DNA of 64,000 bases, taken from NCBI GenBank assembly GCA_002104945.1, contig MCFH01000034.1, positions 527,531 to 591,530 of the forward strand. Direction: 5' to 3'. The position numbers and the translations under genes were made by a program. This DNA comes from Piromyces finnis finn. Taxonomy: Eukaryota; Fungi; Neocallimastigomycota. Below, piece by piece: positions 29,714 through 44,870 of the stretch (position 1 is the stretch's first letter; every line of letters begins with the position of its first letter). Under the pieces are notes generated by a model. It did no database searches. It was given only the letters and a program-made list of their open reading frames with translations, and was not told the DNA's origin.

Positions 29714-30442
29714 TTATTTTGAGTAGATAAAACAATCTTCTTCCTTGTCATAGTTTAATAATGATGGATTAATATTTAAACCATTTAAAATTTGTTCAAG
29801 CGTCACTTCCTTAAGTTCAGTTCCATTATCAAATATATTAGGTACCATAACTTCACCAATCTTTTCTTTTAATACTTCTGTTATTGTTTGACTTGTTTTT
29901 CTCCATTTAGTAATTAAAGATTTTAATTTCTCAATCTCATTCTTTGATGTTGAAGAAAATGATAAACATATTAATAAAAAATAATAATGTAAAAGGCTTA
30001 ATATACTTTTTTTTTTTTTTTTTTTTACATAAATAGAATGTAAATGTTATATATATAATATGTTACTTTGCTAATATTTATATTTTAAGTGATAATATAC
30101 CGTTTCTCTGTGTTTTAAAACTAAATTTATTCTTCTAATATTCTCTTCCTTTTGTTTAAGTTCATTTAACAATAAATCCCTTTCCTTAATTTTATTTAGT
30201 AATTCCTTATCTTTTTTAAATTTTAATAATTGAACTGTACTACCCCGGTTTAAATTTCGTTTTTTTAAAGATGACGCTGATAGAGAAGATTTTGAATTAA
30301 CTATTCCTTGTCTATTATTGTTTCTAATATCTCCATTGATTAAAGGTGAACGAAATGATTTTGATATTCCACTACCAGTTTTATTTACTTTAAGTAATGG
30401 TGATTTAAACGCTGGATTTTTAGGTATTGAACTTGATTTCAT
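29714..30442 (-). CDS. SFR1: Swi5-dependent recombination mediator Sfr1/Mei5 family, 2 or more exons
   Basis: N-terminal FKSP/FRSP motifs and a coiled coil. Last exon LKSLITKWRKTSQ...LNGLNINPSLLNYDKEEDCF matches the Mei5/Sfr1 C-terminal pattern. Confidence 0.75.
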
Positions 30443-31726
30443 AAGCTTAACCTTATTTATTCGAGTATTGTTGTTGTTGTTACTTTTCTTAATAATATCA
30501 AGAAATTGATATTAATTGAAGAATATTATTAATTATAATTTATTTTAATTAAAAAAAAAAAGAAAGAAAAAAAGAAAGAAATATCACATTTCTATTGGCA
30601 ATACTTACACTATCCGTATCTAGTATATAGTAATATGAAATTTAATAATTTATTAGTATATCTTTTCTTCCATTTTAGTTTTATTTTTTTTTTTATTTGA
30701 ATGTTTCAAATAAAGAAAATATCAATTGATGTTTATCAATTATTAATATTTTTAAAATAAAAACTATATTTACTTATTTTTCTTTTTTTCCAATAAAACG
30801 TTATATATTTATCATTTTCTTTAAATGTATGGCTTTCAATAATATTATTTTTAAGTAAATTATCTAAAGAATTCTTTTAAAATATTAGTTTATGTTAGTA
30901 TTATGTATAAATAAAAATTTTTTTAAACTATATAGATAGATAATTTATTACTTTAAAATTTATACAATCTTTATCATTTTTATCTTTTAAAACTAAATGT
31001 TTAATTTCACTTTCCAATATAGGTTTATTTTCTTTAAATGTTGATAATATTAAATCATCCATATTTTTTTAAAATATTTATATATAATTATTATTATTAT
31101 TGTTGTTGTTGTTGTTGTTGTTGTTATATTTAAAATAAAAAAACAAAAATTGGAAATATATTAGTAATTTATTAACTTTTATAACATTAATGCATTAATA
31201 ATTTAAAAAAAAAAAAAAAAAAAAAAATAGTATAAAATGTAAAAATATTACTTCGTATCTACCATTTATAAGTATTTTATTATTACCAATTAAAAAATCT
31301 GAATATATTAAAAAAGATTAATTTTTATGTCATTATTAATTAAAAATTTTTCATTTTAACCACAACATAGAAAATAAAAAAAAGACAGTTTTTCATCAAC
31401 CTTTATAAACACAAATATTACCATAATCCTTATTTTATATTTTAATTATTTTTTATTAAATATTTGTTAGATTTAACAAATAATTTTTAATTCTTTTGGT
31501 TGTATTTTTTTTTTTTTTTTTTTTAATCTATTTGCATGTTCTTTTTATCATTATTCTTTAATTTTTTTTTTAATATCAATTTTTAATCATATTCTCTTAT
31601 TCCTATTTATTAATTGATAAATTTAAATTTGTTCAACGTATATTACTGTTGTAATTTTTTTTATCTACAAAGAATATGATAATGAAAAAATATTTTTGAT
31701 TAATAAACAACTTGTAAATAAACACC

Positions 31727-33820
31727 TCATGGCATGCAACGGCCAATGAATCTTGGGTAAGTGATAGTTTCTCTGACGGTGTATCTGTTTAATAACCAGG
31801 CAATGAAACGTTCTAAACCAAGACCGAAACCACCATGTTCACAGGTACCGTACTTACGTTGGTCAGTGAACCAGTAGTATGGCTTTGGATCTAAACCTTC
31901 ACGCTTGTAAGCAGCTAATAATTCAACTAAATCTGAAATTCTCATACTTCCACCAACAATTTCACCAACACCTGGCATTAAAACATCAACACTTTCAGTT
32001 AAACGTTGGTCTTCTGGACACTTCTTCATGTAGAAAGCCTTAATTTCAACTGGGAATTTGTTTAATAAGATTGGTTCGTTAATAGTATCAGTCATCTTAC
32101 GTTCTGGACTTTCTGGAATATCTTCACCAAATTCATAGAAGGTACCATCTTCCTTCTTAACATCGTGGTCCTTAAGCCATTGAATAGCTTCGGCGTATTC
32201 CATACGCTTGAATGGACGCTTTGGTGGCTTGAAGTCTGGGTTTAATTCGTAAACGTATTCACCAACTGGTGACTTTAAAACGTAATCGACAACATCACAA
32301 ATCATTTCTTCAAGAATGTTAAGTAAATCATCGAAACTAATGAATGGTTGTTCAGCTTCAATGTGAGTGTATTCAGATAAGTGACGACGAGTGTGAGACT
32401 TTTCGGCACGGAAAGAATCAGCAATACAGTAAACATCACCAAGAGATGGGAGCATAGTTTCAAGGTAAAGTTGGGAAGATTGAGTAAGATAAGCTGGTTC
32501 ACCATAGTAATCTAACTTGAATAAAGTACTACCACCTTCAACAGAAGTTTGGACCATAAGTGGTGGAGTAACTTCATTGAAATGCTTCTTTTCAAAGAAT
32601 TCACGGAAAGCTCTTAAAGTAACAGATCTGACTCTCATAACCTTAGAAGCAGTTTCACCACGTAAGTATAAGTGACGTTGGTCGTATAAAACATCAGCGT
32701 TAGATTCCTAAAAAGGGATTAAAAAAATTTTATAATTTCATTTCATTAATAACTCTTTATATAAATTTCTATTTTACAATAGAGTATAAAATTAATATAC
32801 TTACAGCATTTAACTTAGCAGAGAAAGCTTCTTCACCACCAGCAGCCTTACCAAGAACTTCATAGTAATCAACAATTAATTCGTGACCACCTTGAGCCTT
32901 ATTTATAATCAAATTAATAAAAATGCTTTAAATTATTTGTTACACTAATACATTCTTAAATTTATTTACCTTCTTTCCTTCTGGAAGTTCCTTTAAAGTA
33001 CCATAGATCTTCATGGTTGATTCTAAAGTTAAAGTTAAAGCATCATAGGTCTTGCACTATTTATAAAAAATATATAGGTATAAATACAAAATATTTGGTT
33101 AATTATAAAAAGTACATTACCTACACTAATACCATAGAATTTTATACTTTTCATAAACTTACAAGTTTACCGGTAAGAACACATTGAAGGAAACCAGTAC
33201 CATCACGAATAATAATGAAGGTCATATCCTTACCTTGAACACGTAAACGGTGAACCCAACCTTGAATAATAATTCTCTTACCACGGTATTCTGGGGTTTG
33301 CTTGATCTTAATCTATATTTTCAGAATTTATATAAAATATTATAAATATTTCTTTCATATAATACAACTTTAACGATAATCAATTAATAATACTAACGCG
33401 AGTAGCTTCTGGTAAAGAAGAATCTAATTCAAGAACAATCTTCTTAGCTTCTTCGAGTTGCTTTAATTGTTCTTCCTTAGCCTTCTTTTCGGCTTCAGCA
33501 TCCTTAGCAGCCTTTTCTTCAGCCTTGGCCTTCTTCTTTTGAGCAATATCGAAAGCCTTCTTAGCCTTCTTTAAAGCAGCACCAGAAATTGGCTTGAAAC
33601 CTTCATCATCTTTCTTAACTAAAATAGAAGCAGTAGCATTAGCTTCAAGAGCCTTTAATGGAGTCTTGAATGGAGCAGTTTCGCTACCATTACCGGTTTC
33701 ATCGTTACCGTTGTTAACATCAACATATAATTTAACTAACATTATATAAATTAATTTTTTATACTACATTTTTTAAAAATATAAATAGTTTTATTAAAAT
33801 GTTAATTTACCTTCAGTCAT
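31727..33820 (-). CDS. DED81: Cytosolic asparaginyl-tRNA synthetase, multi-exon
   Basis: OB-fold [11 protein letters not shown], motif 2 [17 protein letters not shown], motif 3 [17 protein letters not shown]-terminal [10 protein letters not shown]. Codons are strongly C-ending, as expected for a highly expressed gene. Confidence 0.96.
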
Positions 33821-34896
33821 TTTGGTTCTTTGTTTTAAAGAAAGAATACATTAAATCAGATTTATTAAAACATTAATTACATTTTTTTTTTTTTTGTATA
33901 CATTTAAATTTTTATTTTTGTAGATTTAATAGTTTATGTAATCATTTTTTTTTTTTTTTTTTTAATTATTATTATTGTTAAGTAGTATTGATTTCATTAT
34001 TTATTATGATTTCATAGTGTAATCCATATTTTATAGAAATATTATAAAAGAGTATATTTGTAAAATATAAAATGTATGATGATGAATTGATTAAACAAAT
34101 TTTTACGAAATTGTATGTTAACAAGTTATTATGTTATTATAATATTTTATATAATAAAAATAACATGATTATTGTTAATATCATAATTCAATTAATTTAT
34201 TTTTTAATTAATATTTTATATTTTATTGCATTTTTTCATACCTTACACAATTTATTTATATTTCAAACCAAAAGGAAATAATATATATATTACTATATAA
34301 AATAATAAAAGTGTGTAATATTTTAAATATTTAAATTTTAGTCCATTTAATGAAAAAAAAACTTCATCAATCCATTAATTAAATATGATTGGTATTCATT
34401 AAATATTATATATTATATATATAATATTTGTATATATTAATATATATAGTAATATATAATCATTTTCATATATAAAAATCATAAAATAATAATATTTTAA
34501 TTTCTTTAATTATTACAAAAATAATAATAATCTCATTTATTTTATTATTATAATTATTATAATTTGTATCTATATAAATAATCAAAAATTTATAGATTAT
34601 ATTATTTTATCTAATAGAAAATTTCAAACTTTTATAATCCAAATATTATAAAAAAAAAGATAAAGAAATAAAAAAATAATAATAATAATTAAAATTTTCA
34701 AATAATATACAGAATTAAACTGTTTAAATTAATTTTGCCTTTATTATATATTTTGTTTTGTTTTGGATATTATTATTTGTTATCTTAATAATTAATACCT
34801 TTCAATTTCTTGTTTTAAATAAGAAAAAAAAAATAATTCCTATGGATTCTATGTTAAATATATTTTATATTTAAATATTTAAAAATATATTATTAA

Positions 34897-37800
34897 TTAT
34901 TTTATATTTGAATTTGCTGAATGCTGTGGACTCATTATTGGTGAATTGTTGTTTATTACATTCATTATGCGATGACTGTTTTGATTAGATAAATTTGAGG
35001 TTTGTTGTATAGGTGATGTAATTCCGGGTGATCCTTGAGATAATTGAGGAGAACCATGATGAATAGCTTGTTGAGATTGTTGATTTGCCACTATATTGTG
35101 TTGAAGACTAGCTGAATTACTATTCATTTGTGCTTGCAATATTTGTTGACGCATTTGATTTTGTCTTTCAATAAGTGCTAACTATATTACAAAATTTATA
35201 TAATATGTTATTATTTTGATTTAAATAATTTTAGAAATTCTTGATTAATTGAAACAATTCTTATTTTGAAGAATTTAAATAAATAAAATAAAATAAAAAC
35301 ATACCATTTGATTTCTATTTCTAACTTGATCTGTTTGAAATTTAGCATTATGAACATTATTAATAGCATGTAATGCTGCTGCTGACTGGCCAGAATGAAG
35401 AGGTGTTGAATTACCACCTTGAGCCTGAAGCTTTCTTTGATTTTGAAGCATTTGATATTGAACTTGTCTTTGTATATTTGAATTATTTAATTGAGGTTGA
35501 TGAGCTAATTGTGCTTGTAATTGAGTACTGTTCAAGCCTTTGCCGTTCAAAGCTATAATAAATATGATTCATTTCAATAAAATAAAATCAAAAAATAAAA
35601 TTATTATAACTATTTAACTCCATATATTTAATTAATTCGTTTATTTAATCATAATATAAATACCTTGTAATTGAGCAACAGGTAGGTTTGAGTAGGGTAT
35701 TTGACCATTAACACCATTCATTGATAATCTTTGGGCTTGCATTATATTTAATCCTAGTTGATTTTTTACATTATTCATATTTATTCCAATACTACCATTA
35801 GCTGCAACCGCTGCTTGATTAGCTTGAAGAAGATTCTTTATTTCTGGATTAAACATTCCATTTGAATTCATTGGCATTCTCATAGATGCTATATTACCAG
35901 CAGCACCAACTTGTGGAGGACGTATTCTGTGTTGTTGTAATGGTAACCCTTGAGGTTGGGTTTGTTGAGCTTTATGCATAGCTGCCGCTGCCGCTGCCGC
36001 TTGCTGTTGTTGAACAATTGCAGTTTGTTGTTGTAATGATATTGCTTGAGCAGAATTAAGAGATGGACGCGGACGAACACTTGGTGGAAAATGCATAGAA
36101 GCTGGGAATGGATGTTGTTGTTGCATTGATCTCATTAATGGTAGCTTTATATGATAAATATAAAGAGAGAAGAAAATATTTTAATAATTATATCATTTAA
36201 TGAAAATTTTATATTATTTATCGGTATTACTCTTTGATTAAATGCTAATTGTTGTCTTTGGAATTCTATTTGATTCTTGGCTTCAGTATCAATTCTATAT
36301 TTCAATGTACTTAATTGAAGTGGGTTTAATAATTGCTTAGTATCAACACCAGCTTTCGTTTGAGATTGTAAATGTGTTTCATGTGCTTGTAAACTTGGTT
36401 TTTTAGCCGATTTACGAACTATTAATTTTTTTTTTTTTTTGGAAATATTAGTTTTATTAGATATTTATATTTAAAAAAAAAACTAAATTTATATTTAATA
36501 TTTATATGTTATATACTTGGTTTCATTTCTTCTCTTTTCTTTGAAAATTCTTTCATTCTATCAAACATATCAAAATGTTTTGCTTGACGCTTTTTCTCTG
36601 ATATTTTCAATAATTTCTTTAACTCTTTCATATTCTTTCTTTGTTCTGCTGCATTGAGATTATTAATTTCATTCTCATCGATTAAATGACCTTTATCAAA
36701 ACATTCATACATATACCTATTCCCAAAGTTCTTTGATTTCATATATTCATTGACTAATCTCCAATTATGACCAAACATTTGGATTGCTTCATTTAATATT
36801 TCTTTTTCATCTGCAGCCCATGAGGAAACTTCATTTAATACTTCTTGAGAAGGTTTATTTAAAGTAGGATCAAATACAGCTTTCTCTCTTTTTTCTTTCT
36901 TTTCTTTTTGTCTTTTGGCATTTGAAATGTAGAACAGTGCTATTAAAATATTAAAATTAATAAAATATTTTATTAATTATTATTCTTAACTATCATTTAA
37001 TTTTTTAAATTTTTAAATATTATTTTAAATTACGATTCTATTAAAATAAAAATCCATACACGAAATTAATGAAGTACTATCATATCTTTGATTATGTGGT
37101 AAGGTTTTAGCTTGTTCATAATCTGCTTCATCAAAAAGCTCATATCCATATTTATTCCATCCTGCATCGTCAACAAATTTCCTCTTTTTTGAAATAATTT
37201 TATTTATTGGAATAATTCTATCTGATTCTGTAACGTCTATATACGCATTTTCATCGATAACTTTAGGAGGTCCATAAATAAAATCAGTATTTACGCTATT
37301 ATTTGGTAGTACTCCATTAATACAATAAAAAAGATTTGATGAATCTAGCTCTATTGAAGGGGTGGTATTATTAACTACTTTATTATCTGTAATTTTATTA
37401 TTTGAAGAAGATTCATCTTTATCTTTTTCATTGATGTTTTGATTATCCAAAATTTGATTTTTATCATTATCTTTTGATTGTTCCTCTATTTCAATACTAT
37501 TAATATCTTTTTTTTTATCATCAGAAATATTTTCCAGTGTATTATTTATAGTTAATTCTTTATCATCGTTTTTATCACTGCTATTCTTTAAATCTTGTTT
37601 TTTTTCTTTAGATCTATATAAATTTAATGAACATAAAATAAGAAATTAAGACGAAGACTAATATATATATTTGTGTGTGTGATAATTTTTACAATACCTT
37701 TCTAATAAATGTTCTTTAACAATAACTCTATTGTTTTTATCTCTTTTAACTTTAATACATAATGATTGTTTGTCATTACTTTGGTGCCATTCACAAACCC

Positions 37801-39540
37801 AATGAGCTAATTTATAAGCTAAAGCCTTCTTCCACTTTTTTTCCTCCTTAAAATCTTCATACAGCCAACGCTATTATTTATTTTGGTTTTAATTTTATTA
37901 CAATATAGAAAGTTTTATACATAATATTTAACAATTTTATTTAATTTAAATATATAACATTTCTGAAAATATATATATTTAATATTAATATACCATTTCT
38001 TCTAACAAATGATCCCAGTGTGTTTTTGTTCTTGGGGGTGCTTTAAATTTTTTAATTTGACGAAAACTTAATTGTTTCGCTGCTTTTAATGCTTCATATC
38101 TTTCAATTTTTTTATATTGCTTCAATTCCTCATAAACAATCTATTAATTACCATATGCAATATACAATATTAATATTGACCAATATTTAAAATAATTTTA
38201 TCAAAAAATAATAAATTCTTACATCCCAATCATTTGTTGTTAATATTTTATGTGAACCTTGAATCGCTCTAGCTAAAGGTTGTTGTTTAACCTTATTCTT
38301 CCATAAAACCCAATCCTCAACTCTATCACTTTTTTTAATTGGAACATTAAATGGTATATTTACAGGACGATTTTTGGTACGACCCGTTGGTATCTTAGTT
38401 TTTTGAGGTGGCAATTTTTTTACTATCTTTATTGGACGAATTCTAATTGTCGTCGGCTGATTAAGAGCTGGTACATTTTCATTATTTACATTTTCATTCT
38501 CAATATTATTCTCTGTATTTGAAATTTCATTTTTTATATCTAATAGAGATCCACTTGATATTATGTCGATTTGTTGTGAATTTTGTTCAATTGATGAGTC
38601 TTTATCATGTAAATCAGATTCTGAAATCTTTGTAAATTTATTTAAATTTAATACAATGGATTTATTATTTTTATCAATTTCTGAATCAGTATCTTCTTTG
38701 TTTTCAATTGTTGATTCTTTTGAATTTAGATTATTATCATTCGTTAATGATGTTTTATTATTTATCTTTGGAATTAAATTAAAAAAAAAATAATATAATA
38801 ATATATATAAGGTATATAAAAATTATTTAATTTATATTATTTTTTTTTAAATGTATTTTTAAATAAATAATATTATAACACAATTATTGTAATAAAAAAA
38901 TAAATAAAAAAATACCTCTTCATTCCTGCATAATTTTTAATTATATCAATTATATGATAAATTATTATAAGATTAAATAATGTTGTTACAATTTAATTAC
39001 TTGTAAAAAAAAAAGTATATTAATTAGAAGGGAAAAAAAAAAGGAGTAGTTTACCAATTAATATCATTAACACTTAAAAAATCCTGAAATTGTTTCTCAT
39101 ATTCATCTGATAATTCAATACTTTTTATTTCAAGTAATAATTCTGGTTTCTTTAAAACTTCTGTTATAAATTTTTCCTTTAATAATTCTTTTCTTTTTAA
39201 AAGAATCTTTCTATTAAACAAATAATAATAATAATAATAATAATATAAAAAGTTTAAAAACATTTTGAATTTTTTTAATTGTACTGAATTAATTTAAATT
39301 TAAATTATATAGTATCCATACTCTGTTTCTTTTTCTTTAATTAATTCAAGTTTCTTTCTTAATGTTTCTATGTCAGACCCCTATTTATTATTATAAATGT
39401 TAATCTCTATTATAACTAAATGTTTATTATTCTTATTATTATTCGCTATACCACTGAATCATCAATTAAAGTTGAATCTGTGTTAAATGATGTATTAATC
39501 TCTATCATTCCCTTTTTAACATCCGTCATTTTTCTTTCAT
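34897..39540 (-). CDS. EAF1: NuA4 scaffold subunit Eaf1/Vid21 (HSA + SANT/Myb, Q-rich C-terminus), many exons
   Basis: HSA: PPRTKTHWDHLLEEMRWLYEDFKEEKKWKKALAYKLAHW (~38040-37790). SANT: WAADEKEILNEAIQMFGHNWRLV (~36830-36750). Q-rich exons at 34897-36135. The start codon is tentative. Confidence 0.85.
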
Positions 39541-39774
39541 TAATATTATAAACTATATTTTATTTAAATTTATAAAATATATAAATTTCAATTATAAATA
39601 TAAGAAAAAATAAAAATACAAATTTTAAAATCAAAATTTCAATGCATTAAATTATAATATATTTTTTATTTTTAATTATATTAACTTTAATTTTTAAAAT
39701 TGAAAGTAAAATTTATTTTTTATTAATTGAATTTCACTTCATTGATTTATATGTTATTTATTTATTCATTCATT

Positions 39775-39790
39775 AATAAAATTTATTCAT

Positions 39791-39821
<31 letters not shown>

Positions 39822-40160
39822 TTCGTTCATTCATTAATTAATTATAATTTATTTGTTTATATGTTATTTATTTATTCATTCATTAATTATAATTTATTTA
39901 TCTATTTATTTATTTATTTATTTATTTATTTATTTGTTTGTTTATTTATTTATTTATTTATTCATTCATTCATTAATTAATTATAATTTATTTGTTTATA
40001 TGTTATTTATTTATTCATTAATTATAATTTATTTATTTATTTGTTTATTTGTTTATTTATTTATTTATTTATTTGTTTGTTTGTTTATTTATTTATTTAT
40101 TTATTTATTTATTTGTTTGTTTATTTATTTATTTATTTATTTATTTATTTGTTTGTTTGT

Positions 40161-40250
<90 letters not shown>
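39775..40250. repeat. Compound (TTTA)n array with TTTG/TTCA variants
   Basis: 4-bp period. A ~55-bp block (cattcattaattataatttatttgtttatatgttatttatttattcatt) recurs at ~39828 and ~39968. Confidence 0.92.
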
Positions 40251-40251
<1 letters not shown>

Positions 40252-41266
40252 GCTTAGATTTTCACATAATAGCCATAATCATAAAATAAATAATAAAATA
40301 AAATATATATAATAAATAATAAATAGGTATTTTTATTATTGTAAAATTTATTATTAAAAATAATAATTTTTGTATTTTAAATTAGTGTAACCTTCTTTTC
40401 TACAATTAATATGTTTGATGTCAATATCAATATATAATAAAGTTTAAATAATTTTTTTTATTTTATAATGCAAACTTCTAACCCTACTAAAATTAACTTT
40501 ATTAATCAAGGAAATTAATATTCATTTAAATTTACATATTTATTCCCTATTATATTACCTTTCACTTTACTTTTTTTTTTAATTTGATAATCAATTTTAG
40601 AAAAAAAAAACGATAAAGGAAGGAAATAATTTATTTTGAAATTTTAAATAATTGAATATATAATTGTTCAATAAATAATAAATAATTTTAAATTCATAAA
40701 TACCATTAATAATTTTTAATAAAATATTAAGTCATTGATATATATTTAAAATTAAATTACTTAAAATTTATTATTTCGAAATCAAATCTGTTTGATTATT
40801 GAATCAAAAATTTAATTCATATAAAATATTTCAAAAGAAATTTATATAAATTATAATATTGTAATTATAAATTTCATTGATATCATATTTTAGAAGTGTT
40901 AATATATATTTAAAATTTTGAATATTTTTCACATTACCATCTAATTTATTTTAATTATTAATATTAATATAAGAGCAAGATAGTTTTTATTGTTTTTTAT
41001 TTGTTTGTTTTAATTTTTGAATTTTTTCTATTTAAAGGAAATATTTTAAGGCATAATTTCAAAAATTAATTCCTTTTATGTATATATATATAAATTGTTA
41101 ACTGAATTAATTAAAATCTCGATAATTCGAAATAAAATTGGTATTTTTTAATAATATATCCGTTCTTTTAATATATTAAAATTATCATATTTCATTTGTG
41201 TTTTTATAAATAAAAAAAAGAAAAAAAAGAAAAAAGAAAAAAAGAAAAGAAAAAAAAAGAAAGAAA

Positions 41267-44200
41267 ATGTCAAGTGAAAAAATTTCTATCATTGAAGGTT
41301 CATTTATTTCTCCAGTAAACAATAGTTTATTGAGTAATAATAATAAAATAAGTGTAAATAATAATAAAAAAGTTAATGGAAATTTAGATAAGGAACCTTT
41401 AGTTATTCCAAGTTCATTTATTTCTTCATCAGGAAATCATGTTGAACTTAATCAAACGAATGGAATAAATAATTTAAATAGTGTTGATATAGTTAAAAGT
41501 ACAAAAAAAAATATAAAAATGAAAAATGATATTAAGAGAACAAAGCCTAAATTATTTAAAGGTAATAAAGTTACCAGAGTTTTAAATAAAGGATTTAATG
41601 ATTATCCAGATGAAAAATGCTGGGTTATTTTACAATCTATAAATCCAGAATTTGAAACAGCAAAACTACCAAAAGAAATAAAAGAATGTTACATTGGTAG
41701 ACATGAACGTAATTACATTCAAATTAAGTCTGATTTAATTAGTAGTCTTCATTGCAAATTATTTTATGTAAGAATTATATTATCATTGTAGTTTGTAAAA
41801 ATATTAGTATTATTATATTTAATGATAATATCGTTAATTAAAATGTATTTATAATAATAATATCATTATTATTAAATAATGTATATAAAGAAATATAAAG
41901 ATGTAAATAATCAAAATTCACCAATTGAGGTTTATATAACTGATACAAGGTATTATATATATATATATCAAAGTTAATTGATATAAGTGTTTGATGTTCA
42001 ACTTTTTTTTATAACAACATTAATTTATTATTTAATATTTAAAAAAAGTACAAATGGAACATTTGTTAACGGTCAGATAATTGGAAAAGGAAAAACAAAA
42101 CAATTATATCATGGACAGGAAATTGAGTTTATAATAAATAGTAAAAGAGGACATTCTCAAGGTGATTAATACATACTCTATTTTTTTTTTTTTTTTTAAT
42201 TATATTACTTAAATATGTCTATAATCATTTAATATTAATGTTTTAGCATATATTGTCATTATTCCTCGGGAAAATGAATTTAATGGAGAATATGAAAAAG
42301 TAATTAGATATATATAATTATAGTAACAAAAGTAAAATATATATTTTGCTAGAACATATAATAATATTCTTTATATACTTTTATATTTATGTTTATGCAC
42401 AATTAAAATAATATATTCTTTATATTCGAATATAAAGTCAATTGAAGAAGATTATCAAATTGGAGAACTTCTAGGATCGTATGTTATTAAAAATTATATA
42501 ATTTATAATAAAGGTTTTTGTATATTAAAAATAAATTCTTTTCTTTATCCTCCTTTTTAAAGTGGTAATTTTGCAGATGTTAGAAAGGGTATTCACAGAT
42601 ATAGATGTAAGTGTGTAGCAATTAAGATTCTAGAAAAACAGAAATTGATGTTGAAATCAAGTTCCAAAATGGTAATCAGTTTGGAAAGAGAAATTAATAT
42701 CTTAAAATCAATCAAACATGTAAGAAAATAGATTTCTTTATAAATTATTAAATAATGAATATAAACTAATTTTATATTTTTCTTTGTTTTTAATTATAAT
42801 TAATAATTAATAGAGAAATATTATTCAAATTTATGATGTTTATGAAGACGAAAAATATGTATACTTAGTATTGGAACTGTATGTGTTTAATTGAAATGTT
42901 CTAGTTATATTAAAAAACTATAAATAATTAAGTATTTTAAATATATTGAAATGTATTTTACTAACATAAATATTAAAATCAGTGTTGAAGGAGGTGAATT
43001 ATTTGATAGAATTAAGCAAAAATCACTTACTGAACCTCAAGCGAGAAAAGTAATGAAACAATTATTTGAAGCCTTGGAGGTTAGTATATATATAATAGTA
43101 TATATATAATATTAATAGCAATGATATTAATGATATTTTCTACCTTAAAATATATTGTTTATATAATCATAATCATTAGTATTTACATAATCAAGGAATT
43201 GCACATAGAGGTTAATATTTTTATCTTATAATAAAATTAAAGTTGTATACATACATATATATATATAGTAATTTATTTTATTAATTTATACGTTTATTTA
43301 AATGTTCTTAACTTTTAAAGATTTAAAACCAGAAAATATACTTCTTGATGATAATGAGGAATTTAAAATAAAGATATCTGATTTTGGTTTAGCTAGATTT
43401 GTTGATGAAAATTTTTATATGAGAACATTGTGTGGAACATTGACATATGCTGCACCAGAAGTTACAAATATAATGAAAAATAAAGAAGGAAAATATACAA
43501 TTGCAGTAGATATGTGGAGTTGTGGAGTTATTTTAGTATGATATAAATAATATATATAATTATTATAACATAAATGGAGTTTATTAATTCTTATTATATT
43601 AATTATTTCCTTTAAACATTGATTATAATATATAAATTTTTATATCTTCTATGATAGTTTGTTTGGTAATTATTGTTTAGAAATAATATTATTTTAAACT
43701 TTAATATACAATACCAAGTTTTTTAACAAATTTATGTTATATATATTAATAGTTTATGTGGTTACTTACCATTTAATGAAGGTCAACAATTAAAAAAGGA
43801 TACCATATTATTTAGATCACCTTATTGGGATAAAATTTCTGATGAAGGTATAATTAAAATATTAAAATATAATCTATTTTGTCATCTTAATCTTTTACTT
43901 AACATTATCTTTATTATAAATAGCAAAAGATCTTGTTAAAGGTTTATTAACAGTCGACCCAAGTAAACGCTTAACAGTAAGACAAGCACTTGAACACCCA
44001 TTCATTGTAAGTTCATTTTATTTTTAAAATATTAATTTAATCATTAATTTATCATTGATAACTTATATAATTAATATTGATAATCATTAAGGTTGAATCT
44101 GAAGATATGAAAAATCCAAGAAAAAGAATATTAGAAGAAGCAAGTCAAGATGTTTTAAGTCCTGGAGAAAGTACTTCAAGTCTTGTCATTAAATCATCAA

Positions 44201-44283
44201 AAAATTTTTCACCCTCTCGTTCATTAAGTAGTTTAAGTATAAATGAGGAGCCTTCAGCCAAACGTCATATGTCTAAAAAATAA
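41267..44283 (+). CDS. Chk2/Cds1/Dun1-family FHA-domain Ser/Thr kinase, multi-exon
   Basis: FHA: YIGRH...ISSLHC...STNGTFVNGQIIGKG. Kinase: LGSGNFADV, VAIKIL, GGELFD, HRDLKPEN, KISDFGLARF, MRTLCGTLTYAAPEV, DMWSCGVIL. Confidence 0.9.
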
Positions 44284-44870
44284 TTTTTTTTCCAGATTTT
44301 TTTTTTATTAATAATTAAAAAAAAAAAAAAAAGTAATTACAACCATTATTATTACATTATTATTAGATGATGCTTCATTATTTAATTTATAAATTATTAT
44401 TGTTCATTAAATTATTCATTAAGATTTTTTAAACATTATTATTGCCTTTTAAAAATTTTACATCCTACATTAGTCTAATTATCTAACCCATAAGTATTAA
44501 GCTTTTCAAAAAAAAAAATTTTTTTTTTTGTGTATATAGATGATATTTATTATAGTAATTTAATAAATATAAGAATTTAATAAAATTTAATAAAATAAAA
44601 TAAAAAAAATAAACATTTAATTTCATTTTAAAATAATATTTTTATTAATGTTATTACAAATAGTACATTATTCAAGTGTTTAAATAAACCTCAGAATTAC
44701 TATAGTTTTATTGAAATTTTGTAGATAATCAATTTAATCGTTTTTAATACAGACAATTAAAAATTTTAAAAATAAAATTTAATTTTTTATGAATTAGAAT
44801 TTGAAATTCTTACATTTTCAACATAATATATTTAAATCCATATAATAATTATTAGTAATAAAAAATATAA

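Noticed and set aside
39853-40289. Overlapping FIYL-repeat ORFs
   Set aside because: Translations of the TTTA array.
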